Translations under genes and position numbers: made by a program | Source of the DNA: Octopus sinensis | Lineage: Eukaryota | NCBI RefSeq assembly: GCF_006345805.1 | Contig: NC_043009.1 | Coordinates: 60,202,001-60,266,000, forward strand | Direction of reading: 5' to 3' | DNA length: 64,000 bases | The notes under the pieces: model-generated | What the model was told of the DNA's origin: nothing | What the model saw: the letters and a program-made list of their open reading frames with translations, nothing else | The model's database searches: none | Shown here: piece by piece, positions 13,460 through 25,091 of the stretch | Numbering within the stretch: the first letter of the stretch is position 1 | Layout of the letters: every line of letters begins with the position of its first letter

Positions 13460-13784
13460 TCTTCACAATCTGCTCGCTCATCATCTTATTTTTCTTTCCT
13501 CTCAATTTTTTTTTTCATTATCTGAAGTTTTTTTCTTACATCTTTCATCTGTCATCATTTATATTTTTTTACTGTTTTCTTTTCTTTTTTTTTTTTTTTC
13601 ATGTAAGCAGAACAAATAAGCGAAGCGATGAGGAATTTGAAAAAAAAAAGCCCGTTACGTTGTTCCACTTTCCTCTTCTTCTTTTTTCCTTTTTTTCCTC
13701 TTCTTCTTTTTCTCCTTCTTCTACTACCACTATCATTACTATTTCTATTTCACCCTCCTCCTCTCTTTCATCTTCACTTTCGTT

Positions 13785-14087
13785 TCATCATCATCATCAT
13801 CATCATCATCATCGCCATCGTCATCATCATCATCATCATCATCATCATCGTCATCATCATCATCATCATCGTCATCATCATCATTACCATCATCAATATC
13901 ATCAACATCATCCATAATCCTCATCGCCGTCGTCATCGTTGTCATCGTCATATATGGGGGTTTTTTTCTTGCTTTTTTGTTTTTGTTTTCTTTTTTTTTT
14001 TCTTCTCCGTTTTTTACTCTTTCTTCTTCGTATTCTTTCATATTACAGGAGACAGGAAATGAAATCTTGTAATGTTCGTGCTCCTGA

Positions 14088-14118
<31 letters not shown>

Positions 14119-14152
14119 GCATTGCTAACTGTTGTATAGCAATCATTGTTGC

Positions 14153-14186
<34 letters not shown>

Positions 14187-14745
14187 ATTCTTCTTGTTAA
14201 TGGTATTACTGTTAACTGTATCGATAACCTCTCGACACAGAAAGCCAGAGATTAACAGAATACAGTGGAAGCTGAACAGAGTGCGTTTGTGCGACGCTCA
14301 TGCCTTCTCTCTCTCACTCTCTCACTCTCTCTCTCTCTCTCTCTCTCATTTCCCTCTCTTTCTCCCTTTCTCTCCTTTCCCTCTCTTTATCTTTCTCTCT
14401 CTCTCTCTCCTTCACTCTTTCTCGCCCTTACCTACACAAACTATCTTTCTCGCACATGCACACGCTCTCTCCTTCAGTCACACACCTACACTCTCTCACT
14501 CACCGTCTCTCTTTCTCTCTCTCACACACGCACACATTCTCGTACTATATCCCTCACACATGCACTCCCTCACACACATTCTCTCTCACTCACACACACA
14601 CACGCACACACATACTCTCGCACGCATGCACGCACAGTCTCACTCTCACACACATACACATATACAGACACCCTTCCACACTCTTTCACACACAAACTTC
14701 ACTCTCTCTCTCTCTGTCTTTGAATCAGTCTCTCTCTCCCTTTCT

Positions 14746-14783
<38 letters not shown>

Positions 14784-15225
14784 CCTCACCCTTTCCCTCT
14801 TGCTGTTTCTGTTTGTGAATATCTACAGCATCTTGTCTACAAACGACATTAGCAGGTCACGGTGATCGTTGCGTGGAAACTGGATTCTTACTCGCACCAA
14901 TTGCTTTGTTGCTGCTGCCACAGTTGTTGTTGTTGTTGGTGGTGGTGGTGGTGGTGTTGGTGGTGGTGGTGGTAGTGTTGTTGGTGTTGTTGGTGGTGTT
15001 GTTGGTGTTGGTGGTGTTGTTGTTGGTGGTGTTGTCGGTGGTGTTGTTGGTGGTGATGTTGTTGGTGGTGGTGTTGTTGGTGTTGGTGTTGGTGTGTTTG
15101 GTGGTGGTGGTGGTGGTGCTGGTGCTGGTGGTGGTGCTGGTGGTGCTGGTGGTGGTGGCGCTGCTGCTGCTGCTGCTGCTCGTGATGGTGGTGGTTGTGG
15201 TGGTTGTGGTGATGGTGGTGATGGT
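13785..15225. repeat. compound microsatellite field: (CAT)n, (GTT)n, (CT)n/(CA)n, (GGT/GTT/GCT)n
   Basis: Read directly; source of the poly-I/H/L/G/V ORFs. Confidence 0.9.
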
Positions 15226-15600
15226 AGCCCCATTTCAGTGTTGACCGAGCAAATCCATTTGCGATGTTCCTCTACCCTTATTTTGAGGGAGTGGCATGTT
15301 TCGCCCTTGTATAACCTACCACAGCTGCATGGGACGGACTACACGCAGTTTTGGGTCATATTTTCTTCTATTGGTGGTTTTACACGAAGAAGACATTAGC
15401 GAAGTGTTGTATTACTCTTGAATACAGTCCTGATGTCATATGGGTCGCATATCTTTTGTATCTTTTCGGAGAGGCCCTTCACATAGTTCACTTCGCAACC
15501 ATGTGGTTCCAAGTTCAAATTCATTGCTCGACACATTCACTTAATGTCTCCTGCCGTAAGCTTGATCGATGGAATTTGGTAAGCAGAAACTGAGCTAAAG

Positions 15601-16384
15601 GCAGCGAGCTGGCAGAATCGATAGCAGGCCGGGCGAAATGCTTAGCGGTAAATCGTCTGCCGTTACATTCTGAGTTCAAATTCCACCCAGGTCGACTTTG
15701 CCTTTCATCCTTTCGGGGTCGATTAAATAAGTACCAGTTACGCACTGGGCTCGATATAATCGACTTAATCCGTCTGCCTGTCCTTGTTTGTCCTCACTGT
15801 GTTTAGCCTCTTGTGGGTAGTAAAGAAATAGGTATTTCGTCTGCCGCTACGTTCTGAGTTCAAATTCCGCCGAGGTCGACTTTGCCTTTCATCCTTTCGG
15901 GGTCAATTAAGTAAGTACCAGTTACGCACTGGGGTCGATGTAATCGAATTAATCCGTTTGTCTGTCCTTGTTTTCCCCCTCTGTGTTTAGCCCCTTGTGG
16001 TTAGTAAAGAAATAGGTATTTTGTCTGCCGCTACGTTCTGAGTTCAAATTCCGCCCAGGTCGACTTTGCCTTTCATCCTTTCGGGGTCTATTAAATAAGT
16101 ACCAGTTACGCACTGGGCTCGATATAATTGACTTAATCCGTTTGTCTGTCCTTGTTTGCCCCCTCTGTGTTTAGCCCCTTGTGGTTAGTAAAGAAATAGG
16201 TATTTCGTCTGCCGCTACGTTCTGAGTTCAAATTCCGCCGAGGTCGACTTTGCCTTTCATCCTTTCGGTGTCAATTGAATAAGTACCAGTTACGCACTGG
16301 GGTCGATGTAATCGACTTAATCCGTTTGTCTATTCTTGTTTGTCCCCTCTGTGTTTAGCCCCTTGTGGGTAGTAAAATGAAATA
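15601..16384 (+). mobile_element. SINE family A with three extra tandem copies of its 184 bp 3' module
   Basis: Junction ggtatt at 15831, 16015 and 16199 (period 184). 16 bp TSD agaaactgagctaaag at 15585-15600 and 16385-16400. Confidence 0.92.
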
Positions 16385-16742
16385 AGAAACTGAGCTAAAG
16401 CATGTGGTGTGTGTGTGTGTGTTCTATGTGTGTAGTGTGTATTAGTGTAATCTGATGTGTCCAGTAGCGTTCTTTTATGACCAAAAAGATAATTTAATCG
16501 TTTGATGAAGAGAAAGTAATAAATAAGTTACAGACCGAGATCGATGTGATCTACTAAATCTTCTCAATGCATTGTCCCAGCATGGCCGTAGTCCAACGAC
16601 ACGGAACAGCAAAAGAATAAAATGGTAGATAAATAAACGAATAAAAAGATTTAAACTAAATGAAAAAAATATATTTGAATAAAAAAATTAAAATGATAGC
16701 GGTGATTGTAGTCGTGGCACTTGTGGTGGCGATAATGGGAAC

Positions 16743-17162
16743 AGTGGTGGTGGTGGTGGTAGGTGGTGGTATTGGTGGTGGTATTGGTTGTAGGTGGTGG
16801 TGGTGGTGGGCGGTGGTGAGTGGTGGTGGTGGTGGTGATGATGGTGGTGGTAGGTGGTGGGTGGTGGTGGGTGGTGGTAGGTGGTGGTGGTGGGTGGTGG
16901 TGATGGTGGTAGGTGGTGGTGGTGGTGGTGGTGGTGGTGTGGTAGGTGGTGGTGGTGGTGGTGGTGGGTGGTGGTGGTGGGTGGTGGTGGTGGTGGTAGG
17001 TGGTGGTGGTGGTGGTAGGTGGTGGTGGTGGTGGTGGTAGGTGGTGGTCGTGGTCGTGGTGGTCGTGGTCGTGGTGGTCGTGGTCGTGGTAGTGGTGGTC
17101 GTGCTGGTGGTCGTGCTGGTGGTCGTGGTGGTGGTGGTGGTGGTGGTCGTCGTCGTCGTCGT
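16743..17162. repeat. (GGT)n grading into (GGTCGT)n microsatellite
   Basis: Read directly. Confidence 0.95.
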
Positions 17163-17541
17163 GAAAGAGAATGATGAATGACAGATCTTAGAAGCCATTG
17201 AATGTTCTCATCTCAATACATCCATCCAACACAAGAAATCCAGTTTAATTGAATTGTGACGTACAAGATAACCTCGTCCTAAATTCACCTGAACGCCTAC
17301 AACCGTCGCTATCAACCCCACCGCTAACACTAATCCTGCTCCTAATGCTCCCCCCACCCCCATCCACCATTTACAGACTGAAACAGCGACTCGCTCGCTA
17401 AAGCTGGTGGATCTTTAACGCGAGACAACTCACTTAGCTACTGAAAAGAATTAAAACAATTAATTCTACAGGAGTGTGTATTTTAGTTACATGCGTGTGC
17501 AGGTGGGTATACATACATGTAAGGCATACATACATGTAAGG

Positions 17542-17613
<72 letters not shown>

Positions 17614-17709
17614 ATATATATAAAATATATATATATATACCTGACATGTATGTATGCCTTATGTATATATTATTATATATATATATATATATAATATATA
17701 TATATATAA

Positions 17710-18020
17710 TCTCTATATATAAAACTGAGAATGTGTGTCTGTATGTCTGTCTGTCTGTCTTGAGAACTACACAACCAATTTCATTCAAATTTTATACATG
17801 CCTTACTTAGGGTCCGGGGAGAGTCATCGGCAAAACAAATTTCAACTTTTTGCCTAGGGCGAGCCCACAGCAATATCATATCTTCTCCACTACGATTCCC
17901 TAAAACTGGAGAACAACACAACCAATTTCATTCAAATTTTACACATGCCTTACTTAGGGTCCATGTAGATTCATGGGCAAAAAAATAGCAATATAATATC
18001 TTCTCCCCTATTTCAGTATT
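17710..18020 (+). mobile_element. Helitron-like 5' portion with a ~148 bp internal direct repeat
   Basis: A|TCTCTATATATAAAA...tgtgtgtctg start resembles H1. gagaac.acacaaccaatttcattcaaattt..acatgccttacttagggtcc occurs twice. No CTRR end found. Confidence 0.5.
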
Positions 18021-18439
18021 ACGATTAAAAGTGAAACTGAGGGGACAGTGGGAATGTTGAGTGGTGTATGTGTGTATGTGTGAAGAATGGGTTTTAATGA
18101 AAAGAGGTGGAGAATTTAGACCACGAGGGAGTGAAGTATGGAGAGAGAAAATTAATTCCTGCTCCAGAATTTTCTTGCTGCTTCAGCATCTGGCATATCC
18201 TTCTCCTGATGCTGCTCTTCATTGTTCAGTTGTTTACAGAATTTTCTTTCTTGTTCTTCAAGAGTCTGTTCTGTCTGCACTGACATTTTCTCTGTTAACA
18301 TGTTTTGTTTTAATTTTTTTCTTTTTTTTTTCTTTTTTTTTCTTATGAGACTGCTTTGATGTTTTTCTTTTTTCCTTTTTTTGCTTTTTTTTTCTTGAGA
18401 CTGCTTTGTTTTTGTTTTTCTTTTTGTTTTCTGCCTTAG

Positions 18440-19020
18440 CTCTTCTTCAGCTACTTGCAGTCTTTTGTGTCTAAGGTCGTACTTAGCAGTTCGTTCCTGT
18501 CTCTTTCCCTCATCCTCTCCTTTTTCATGATTACATCTATTCGTCCAAGATCTCTCTTGAGCTGCTGTTCAATTTGATTCTCAAGTCTTCGTTACCATCA
18601 TGGAACTTTGTCCTTTGTTTTCTTTTGGCTTTTAGCCCCAAAGATTTGTACCACAACAGGAGTTGTCCAGTATATAAGGCCATTTAGATCTGTTGTATTT
18701 TCAACATTGGTTTTCCTTAACAGCTCATCCATCTTTTACACTATTTAGTTTTCCTACTTCGATTCCTCTCAGGGCTGTTTGTCTCATTGTTTCAGTATTT
18801 TGTGCTGCATGAGGCTCTGTGGTAAACTCCTTTCTTCCTTTGTCACAATCTTTCGTTCCATGAAATAAAATTTGCCTTCATCTGAGCAGCTATTTCTTTT
18901 GCGAGAATTTATTGGCCTCTCTACCAAACCATATTCTTGCTCTGCTTCCTTTTCTTCGTGTACAGCGTAGTCATGCTCACATTCTTTCACTATTGCGGAG
19001 ATCTCCTTCACTTCCAACTG
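18440..19020 (-). pseudogene. decayed R4/Dong-clade non-LTR retrotransposon, pre-RT region
   Basis: Manual translation gives LRKTNVENTTDLNGLIY and *W*RRLENQIEQQLKRDLGR, homologous to 43078-44380. Confidence 0.7.
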
Positions 19021-19180
19021 GGATAACCTCTTGTCATTCGCCGGGCAAAGTAATTAGCGATATTTCGTCAGCCTTTACGTTCTGAGTTCAAATTCTGCCG
19101 AAGTACCAGATGAGCACTGAGGTCGATGTAATAGACTTACCCACCCTAATAAAAATATTTGAAACCATTATTATTGTTAT

Positions 19181-19738
19181 TGAGTGAGAGAGCAGTGCAT
19201 GCCATCAAAGTGACACTGGGGTAAAATATACGAAGCCCAGTATACCTATCATGACTACCCGTCTCATAAGGATACACCAGGCACATGCATCACAACCATA
19301 TGTGCGCGACATGGTGATCTCATATCAAGATAGACAGCGCCTGACCTTGCAGTTTGGACCCAGTTAGAATTTTCCTCTGGTCGAATAGCCCATCCCGCTC
19401 AAAAGGTCCCTGAATAAGGATTGTTTAAGGATGTTGAACGAACTACCAAAGTTTCCAGAGGTGAATTATCCTAACCTCTAAGAATTCCTTTCAACATACT
19501 GCTATGATGCTCCCCCACTACTTCTGCTCGTGATCAGAGATGCACATATCGTCAGCCACCAAGGGACATGCTCAACTGGTTAAGGTCGAACAACTGACAA
19601 GCAAATATGTGGTACTGAGCAGAATATTTGCTGTAGCCTATCTTTTATACCAAGACAAAACAATGTACATGATAACACTTCCAATCAGTTAAGATCAGGA
19701 GCCATGAGAGCCACTGTCTGGTACTGCATCAGGGCATT
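19181..19738. mobile_element. ~555 bp ORF-less interspersed element embedded in (TTA)n
   Basis: A second copy at 45166-45719 has the same ends (gagagagc.gtgcatgccatc ... ggtactgcatcagggcatt), and both are flanked by TTA repeats. Confidence 0.85.
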
Positions 19739-19753
19739 TATTATTATTATTAT

Positions 19754-19828
<75 letters not shown>

Positions 19829-19851
19829 TGGTAGTGGTAGTAGTGGTAGTA

Positions 19852-19888
<37 letters not shown>

Positions 19889-20044
19889 GAGTAAGGCGGC
19901 GAACTTACAGAATCGTTAGCATGCTGGACAAAATACTGAGCGACATTTCATCCGTCTTTGCACTCTGAGTTCAAACTTCGCCCAGGTTGCAACCAATACG
20001 ATATTTTCGTATAAAATTTGGAGAGCAAAATAACTCTAATTTAA

Positions 20045-21100
20045 AAGTATTGTCGGTTGACAACAGACTAGCAAACGTAAGAATAAATATTCAAGGAGCA
20101 AAAAAAGATATCAGAAATGTAAATAGGAGTAAATAGGAGGCTTAAAAAGAAAGAACTTATAGGGAAAGCACAATAGTAAACGGAAAACAAACATCGAGAA
20201 TTTTAAAAAAAGACACTAAGAAGGAAAAACCACAATCATAGATCTAACCCGTGCAAAGCAAAATAAACTGCAAAATACAAGAATGCCAAGACCAAAGAAC
20301 ATCTTCAGAATATTGACCAAAAAACCGATCCAGAACAACACATAAAATTATTGATAAAAAGAATATTGGAAACAAGAATTAAGAATAGAGAATTCTAGAG
20401 ATGGAAATTATGTAAGTGATAATAATCAAAAGGTGGAAATGGTTAAATTTAAATCTATAGAAGTTGTTTCTATGAACCGTGGAAAGTATTTCTAAATAAT
20501 AAAACTTGATAGTATAATAGCAACAACAATTAGAATACACAAATTTGGCCATCGCAGTCTTCATAAATATTAATATCACTTGGATAAACTGAATAATATA
20601 TGCAGCAGCCATAATGGTTACAGGGGATTTTGGGCACTCCCTCGTATCTATTCATATAGGAATATCAAAACCCAAGCAAGTCATGTGGAAAATAAATCGT
20701 ATAAAGAAAATATTGAAGCTAAAAGACAATAGTTCTCAATTCTTCGTGAAATCAATAGCGATAAAACATAAACTAAAGAAAAAGGAGAGATAAATACCGC
20801 TGGAATATTATGATGGTACAAAAAGAAACTCGAAGTATTCGAAATCAAAGAATGCCTGAAACAAGAGATTTTTTAAATCACAAAGAATCCGCCGTATGAG
20901 AAGAGATGATTCTTTGAACAAATCAGTTTGATTCCAAACAAAAATGATTTTATAAAGAATTAGGTAAAAAAGAAAACATAAGATCGATGCAGCACCATCG
21001 GCAAAAGAAGTTGAAGAATTCTGAAGGGGAGCTTGGACTGCAAAAGAATCATTACGGGCAAAATTGTTCAAAACAGCAGATGCAGCATCTGAACATTGAA
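20045..21100 (+). pseudogene. old decayed R4/Dong-clade element, N-terminal region
   Basis: Fragments YAAAIMVT, EIKECLKQE, FYKELGKKENI and DAAPSAKEVEEF*RGAW align in order with the R4/Dong pre-RT region. Confidence 0.6.
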
Positions 21101-21202
21101 GTAGATCAAATACATTGATTAATCACCAAGACCCTGGAACACATCAGAAAATTGTCAAATCTCAAACTTCTGTTCAAAATATTTAACGAACACGCGTAAG
21201 TT

Positions 21203-21602
21203 ACTCTCTTACTCTTTTACTTGTTTCAGTCATTTGACTGCGGCCATGCTGGAGCACCGCCTTTTAGTCGAGCAAATCGACCCCGGGACCTATTCTTTGT
21301 AAGCCCAGTACTTATTCTATCGGTCTCTTTTGCCGAACCGCTAAGTGACGGGGACGTAAACACACCAGCATCGGTTGTCAATCAATGCTAGGGAGACAAA
21401 CACAGACACACAAACACACATACATATATATATACATATATACGACAGGCTTCTTTCAGTTTCCGTCTGCCAAATCCACTCACAAGGCATTGGTCGGCCC
21501 GGGGCTATAGCAGAAGACACTTGCCCAAGGTGCCACGCAGTGGGACTGAACCCGGAACAATATGGTTGGTTAGCAAGCCACTTACCACACATCTACTCCT
21601 GT
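21203..21602 (-). mobile_element. SINE family C, full length
   Basis: Reverse-complement match to 9762-10163. Confidence 0.9.
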
Positions 21603-22175
21603 TATTTAAGAAAATTATTTAATAACCTATTCAAAACAGAAAACAAATTGTTACTGTTGCTCTGAGGAAACAAAGTATTTTCATCCCCAATTCTTTGAAA
21701 ACTACAAACCTATAATCTACATCCCTACGATTGGCAAAGCTTTAATTGCAATAAACATGGTGGGTAAATAAATAGCTAGAAAAAAAATAACAAATTGCTG
21801 AAAGAAAAACAGGAATGTAGCAAAGCCTCGGAGCTTGTTGCAAAGATCAACTACTAATCGACAAAGACATAACCAAAGACAAGTGATTTGAACATGGCAC
21901 TTATTGATTAGTAGAAGGCTTTTTCATTGTTCTGTAGACGTGGATCCTGGAAATATACGCCATGGGCGGTGTAGCACTAATAATAAGCAGAAACTTCAAA
22001 TAATCCATGCGTAAATGGCTACCAATTATGCAGGGATAATTACTAATCGTATCCCTTCTCCATAAGAAAAGTATTATTCCAAGTAAACTTCTCTTTCTCC
22101 CTCTTTATAATTGTCTCTCTGTCTGTCACACACACACACACGCACACAAATTCTCTCTCTCTCTCTCTCTCTCCC

Positions 22176-22251
<76 letters not shown>

Positions 22252-22300
22252 GTGTGTGTGTATGTGTGTGTATGTATATATATATATATATATATATATT

Positions 22301-22353
22301 TAGTATTGACGAGTCGTGTCCTGTCTTGCCTTCGAAACACGCTAAGTCTACTA
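22301..22353 (+). ncRNA. degenerate type I hammerhead-ribozyme-like motif (duplicated at 23183-23234)
   Basis: TAGTA-TTGACGA-G..C-GAAA-C..G-TC-TACTA. Stem I pairs over 5 bp; stem II is poorly paired; C3 is U. Confidence 0.4.
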
Positions 22354-22628
22354 GTGACAGCTGATGAAGGGGATTTTTCCTTGTGTAGCATGTCTTGTAC
22401 CTTGTTTTTCCGTTGTAAATAATGTTTTTCCCGTTTTCGTTCTCGTCCTGTTCCACGTCTCTGTCTTTCTGTTGTAACAAAATGGCTTTTCCGTTTTCGT
22501 TTCTGTTGAGTTTTACGTCTTTTTGTGGTGTCCTGTACGTATATATATTATATATGCATGTATATATACATGTAGATGTCGGTACGTACATATATGTTGT
22601 ATGTATGCATATATTTTATTTATTACGC

Positions 22629-22707
<79 letters not shown>

Positions 22708-22710
22708 TAC

Positions 22711-23149
22711 AATAATATCAAGTGGCATAGCATACGTAAAAAACCGTAAAGGTAATACTTTAAGGTAAAAAAAATTATTAATTAACAATTAAGGGTGCTA
22801 CAAGTAGCATCAGCACGCTAGAAATCAGCTGTCAGAAGACGACTGCAACCACAGATTTTCACTGATACACATTATTTGAAATCGGGAGAAGGAGCAGACA
22901 TTCCAAGCCCCCTTACCAATAACGGAAAGAATCGTAAATTTAAAAGCCAGATAGACCCGTATCGTCATGATTTCAAACTTTGTGAAAACGTCCCTTAGTT
23001 GTTCTCAGCGAGTCTTACTGACCCAAGGGTCATAGAAACTGCCCACCTTAACATTGTGCGCGATGACCGTTAATTATCAATTAATATTTTTTTTTTACCA
23101 TATGCTATACTTTATGCCTTTTACGCATGTTATGCCACTTGGTATTATT
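22711..23149. mobile_element. fold-back element between (TA)n tracts, ~85 bp imperfect inverted repeats
   Basis: 22711-22797 is the reverse complement (about three quarters identical) of 23067-23149; repeated in the second 882 bp unit. Confidence 0.7.
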
Positions 23150-23544
23150 GTTTATATGCATATATATATATATATATATATTTAGTATTGACGAGTCGTG
23201 TCCTGTCTTGCTTCGAAACACGCTAAGTCTACTAGTGACAGCTTATGAAGGGATTTTCCTTGTGTAGCATGTCTTGTACCTTGTTTTTTCCGTTGTAAAT
23301 AATGTTTTTCCCGTTTTCGTTCTCGTCCTGTTCCACGTCTCTGTCTTTCTTGTGTAACAAAATGGCTTTTCCGTTTTCGTTTCTGTTGAGTTTTACGTCT
23401 TTTTGTGGTGTCCTTGTACGTATATATATTTATATATGCATGTATATATACATGTAGATGTCGGTACGTACATATATGTTTGTATGTATGCATATATTTT
23501 ATTTATTACGCTTATATATATATATATAATATATATATATATAG

Positions 23545-23575
<31 letters not shown>

Positions 23576-24875
23576 TATTGTTTCACAATAATATCAAGTG
23601 GCATAGCATACGTAAAAAACCGTAAAGGTAATACTTTAAGGTAAAAAAATTATTAATTAACAATTAAGGGTGCTACAAGTAGCATCAGCACGCTAGAAAT
23701 CAGCTGTCAGAAGACGACTGCAACCACAGATTTTCCACTGATACACATTATTTGAAATCGGGAGAAGGAGCAGACATTCCAAGCCCCTTAACCAATAACG
23801 GAAAGAATCGTAATTTAAAAGCCAGATAGACCCGTATCGTCATGATTTCAAACTTTGTGAAAACGTCCTTAGTTGTTCTCAGCGAGTCTTACTGACCCAA
23901 GGGTCATAGAAACTGCCCACCTTAACATTGTGCGCGATGACCGTTAATTATCAATTAATATTTTTTTTTTACCATATGCTATTACCTTTATGGCCTTTTA
24001 CGCATGTTATGCCACTTGGTATTATTGTTTATATGCATATATATATATATATATATATATTACTTGTATTATTACATGATTGAATGCCACGCATCCATTT
24101 CCAAGTAAGTTTATCTTAATAATTTTGATGCGACTCTAGCCTGTACTGTTCTCTCTCTCCCCCTTTCGTTTTTTTCTCTCTCTCTCTCATTCTTTCTCTA
24201 ATTCTTTTTTCTCTCCTTCACCGTTTTCTATCTCCCTCTCCCTCTTTCTCTCTCCCTCATCCTCCTTTACTCTCTCTCTCTCTCTCTCTCTCTCGTTGCT
24301 TACACGTGACCATCATTCATCTTTCTTTTTCTTCAGTTTGCCGCCCAGACCAGACACATTCTTATCTTTCTCCTTTCCTATCTTTTCTCTTGTCAAAGAA
24401 TATTCCTCCAGCGTTCGCTACCTTACCTCGTCTGCCCTAACGGCCCTCCATGTTTGTTTCGTTTGTTTGTTGTGTGTCTTCTCTTCTCTGTCCTGTTTTT
24501 GTTACCAATTTTGACCCTCCGTAAATCCCAAATTTATTTTGGTTCGTAGGAGCAACTGTTTTTCGAAGCCTCATAGTGTCGTTAATTGCTCGAAACGTGG
24601 AGTAGAGGAACAGCCGGCAACTGATGAAGGGTCGTTGTTTATGTTACTTGTCTTGTTTTCCATTTGTTTCTCTCGTTGTTCGCATACCCAAGTTTGCCTT
24701 CGTATTTCATGGTGTGTACGTTTTGTGACATCCTGTATCCATATATGCATATATAGTACATATATATATGTAAGTATGTACATATATGTATGTATATATA
24801 TATATATTATATTATTAATATTATATATAGATATATATACATTAATATATATATATTATATATATATAATATATA

Positions 24876-24909
<34 letters not shown>

Positions 24910-24927
24910 TACATATATATAATCTAC

Positions 24928-25091
24928 TTATTTAAAGCAGCAGAAAATTCAACAAAACCTGTTACTCTGAGTTCCCGTTGCCGTTCAACGGACAGTTTTT
25001 ATATTAGTTTTGCTAGCAAAAACTATCCTATGAACGGCAACGGGAAACTCAGAGTAACAGGTTTTGTTGAATTTTCTGTTGCTTTAAATAA
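24928..25091. mobile_element. 164 bp hairpin element carrying a damaged hammerhead-like motif in each arm
   Basis: Arms 24928-25000 and 25018-25091 are nearly perfect inverted repeats. The plus arm reads aaaaactat-cctatga-acggcaacgg-gaaa-ctcagag-ta-acaggtttt. Confidence 0.75.

Larger units (their letters stand above)
22299..24038. repeat. tandem duplication of an ~882 bp unit bounded by (TA)n
   Basis: tttagtattgacgag at 22299 and 23181; both units end ggtattattgtttatatgca; differences are mostly 1 bp indels. Confidence 0.9.

Noticed and set aside
14823-15399. Gly/Pro-rich ORFs resembling extensin or glycine-rich proteins
   Set aside because: They are (GGT)n/(GTT)n microsatellite and are open on both strands.
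15601-16384. tRNA gene cluster
   Set aside because: A/B boxes belong to SINE heads, there is no complete cloverleaf, and the repeats are SINE bodies.
17710-19060. A Helitron that captured the Dong fragment
   Set aside because: The apparent 3' end at ~19040-19058 (cgccgggcaaagtaattag) is part of a SINE head, not a hairpin-CTAG terminus.
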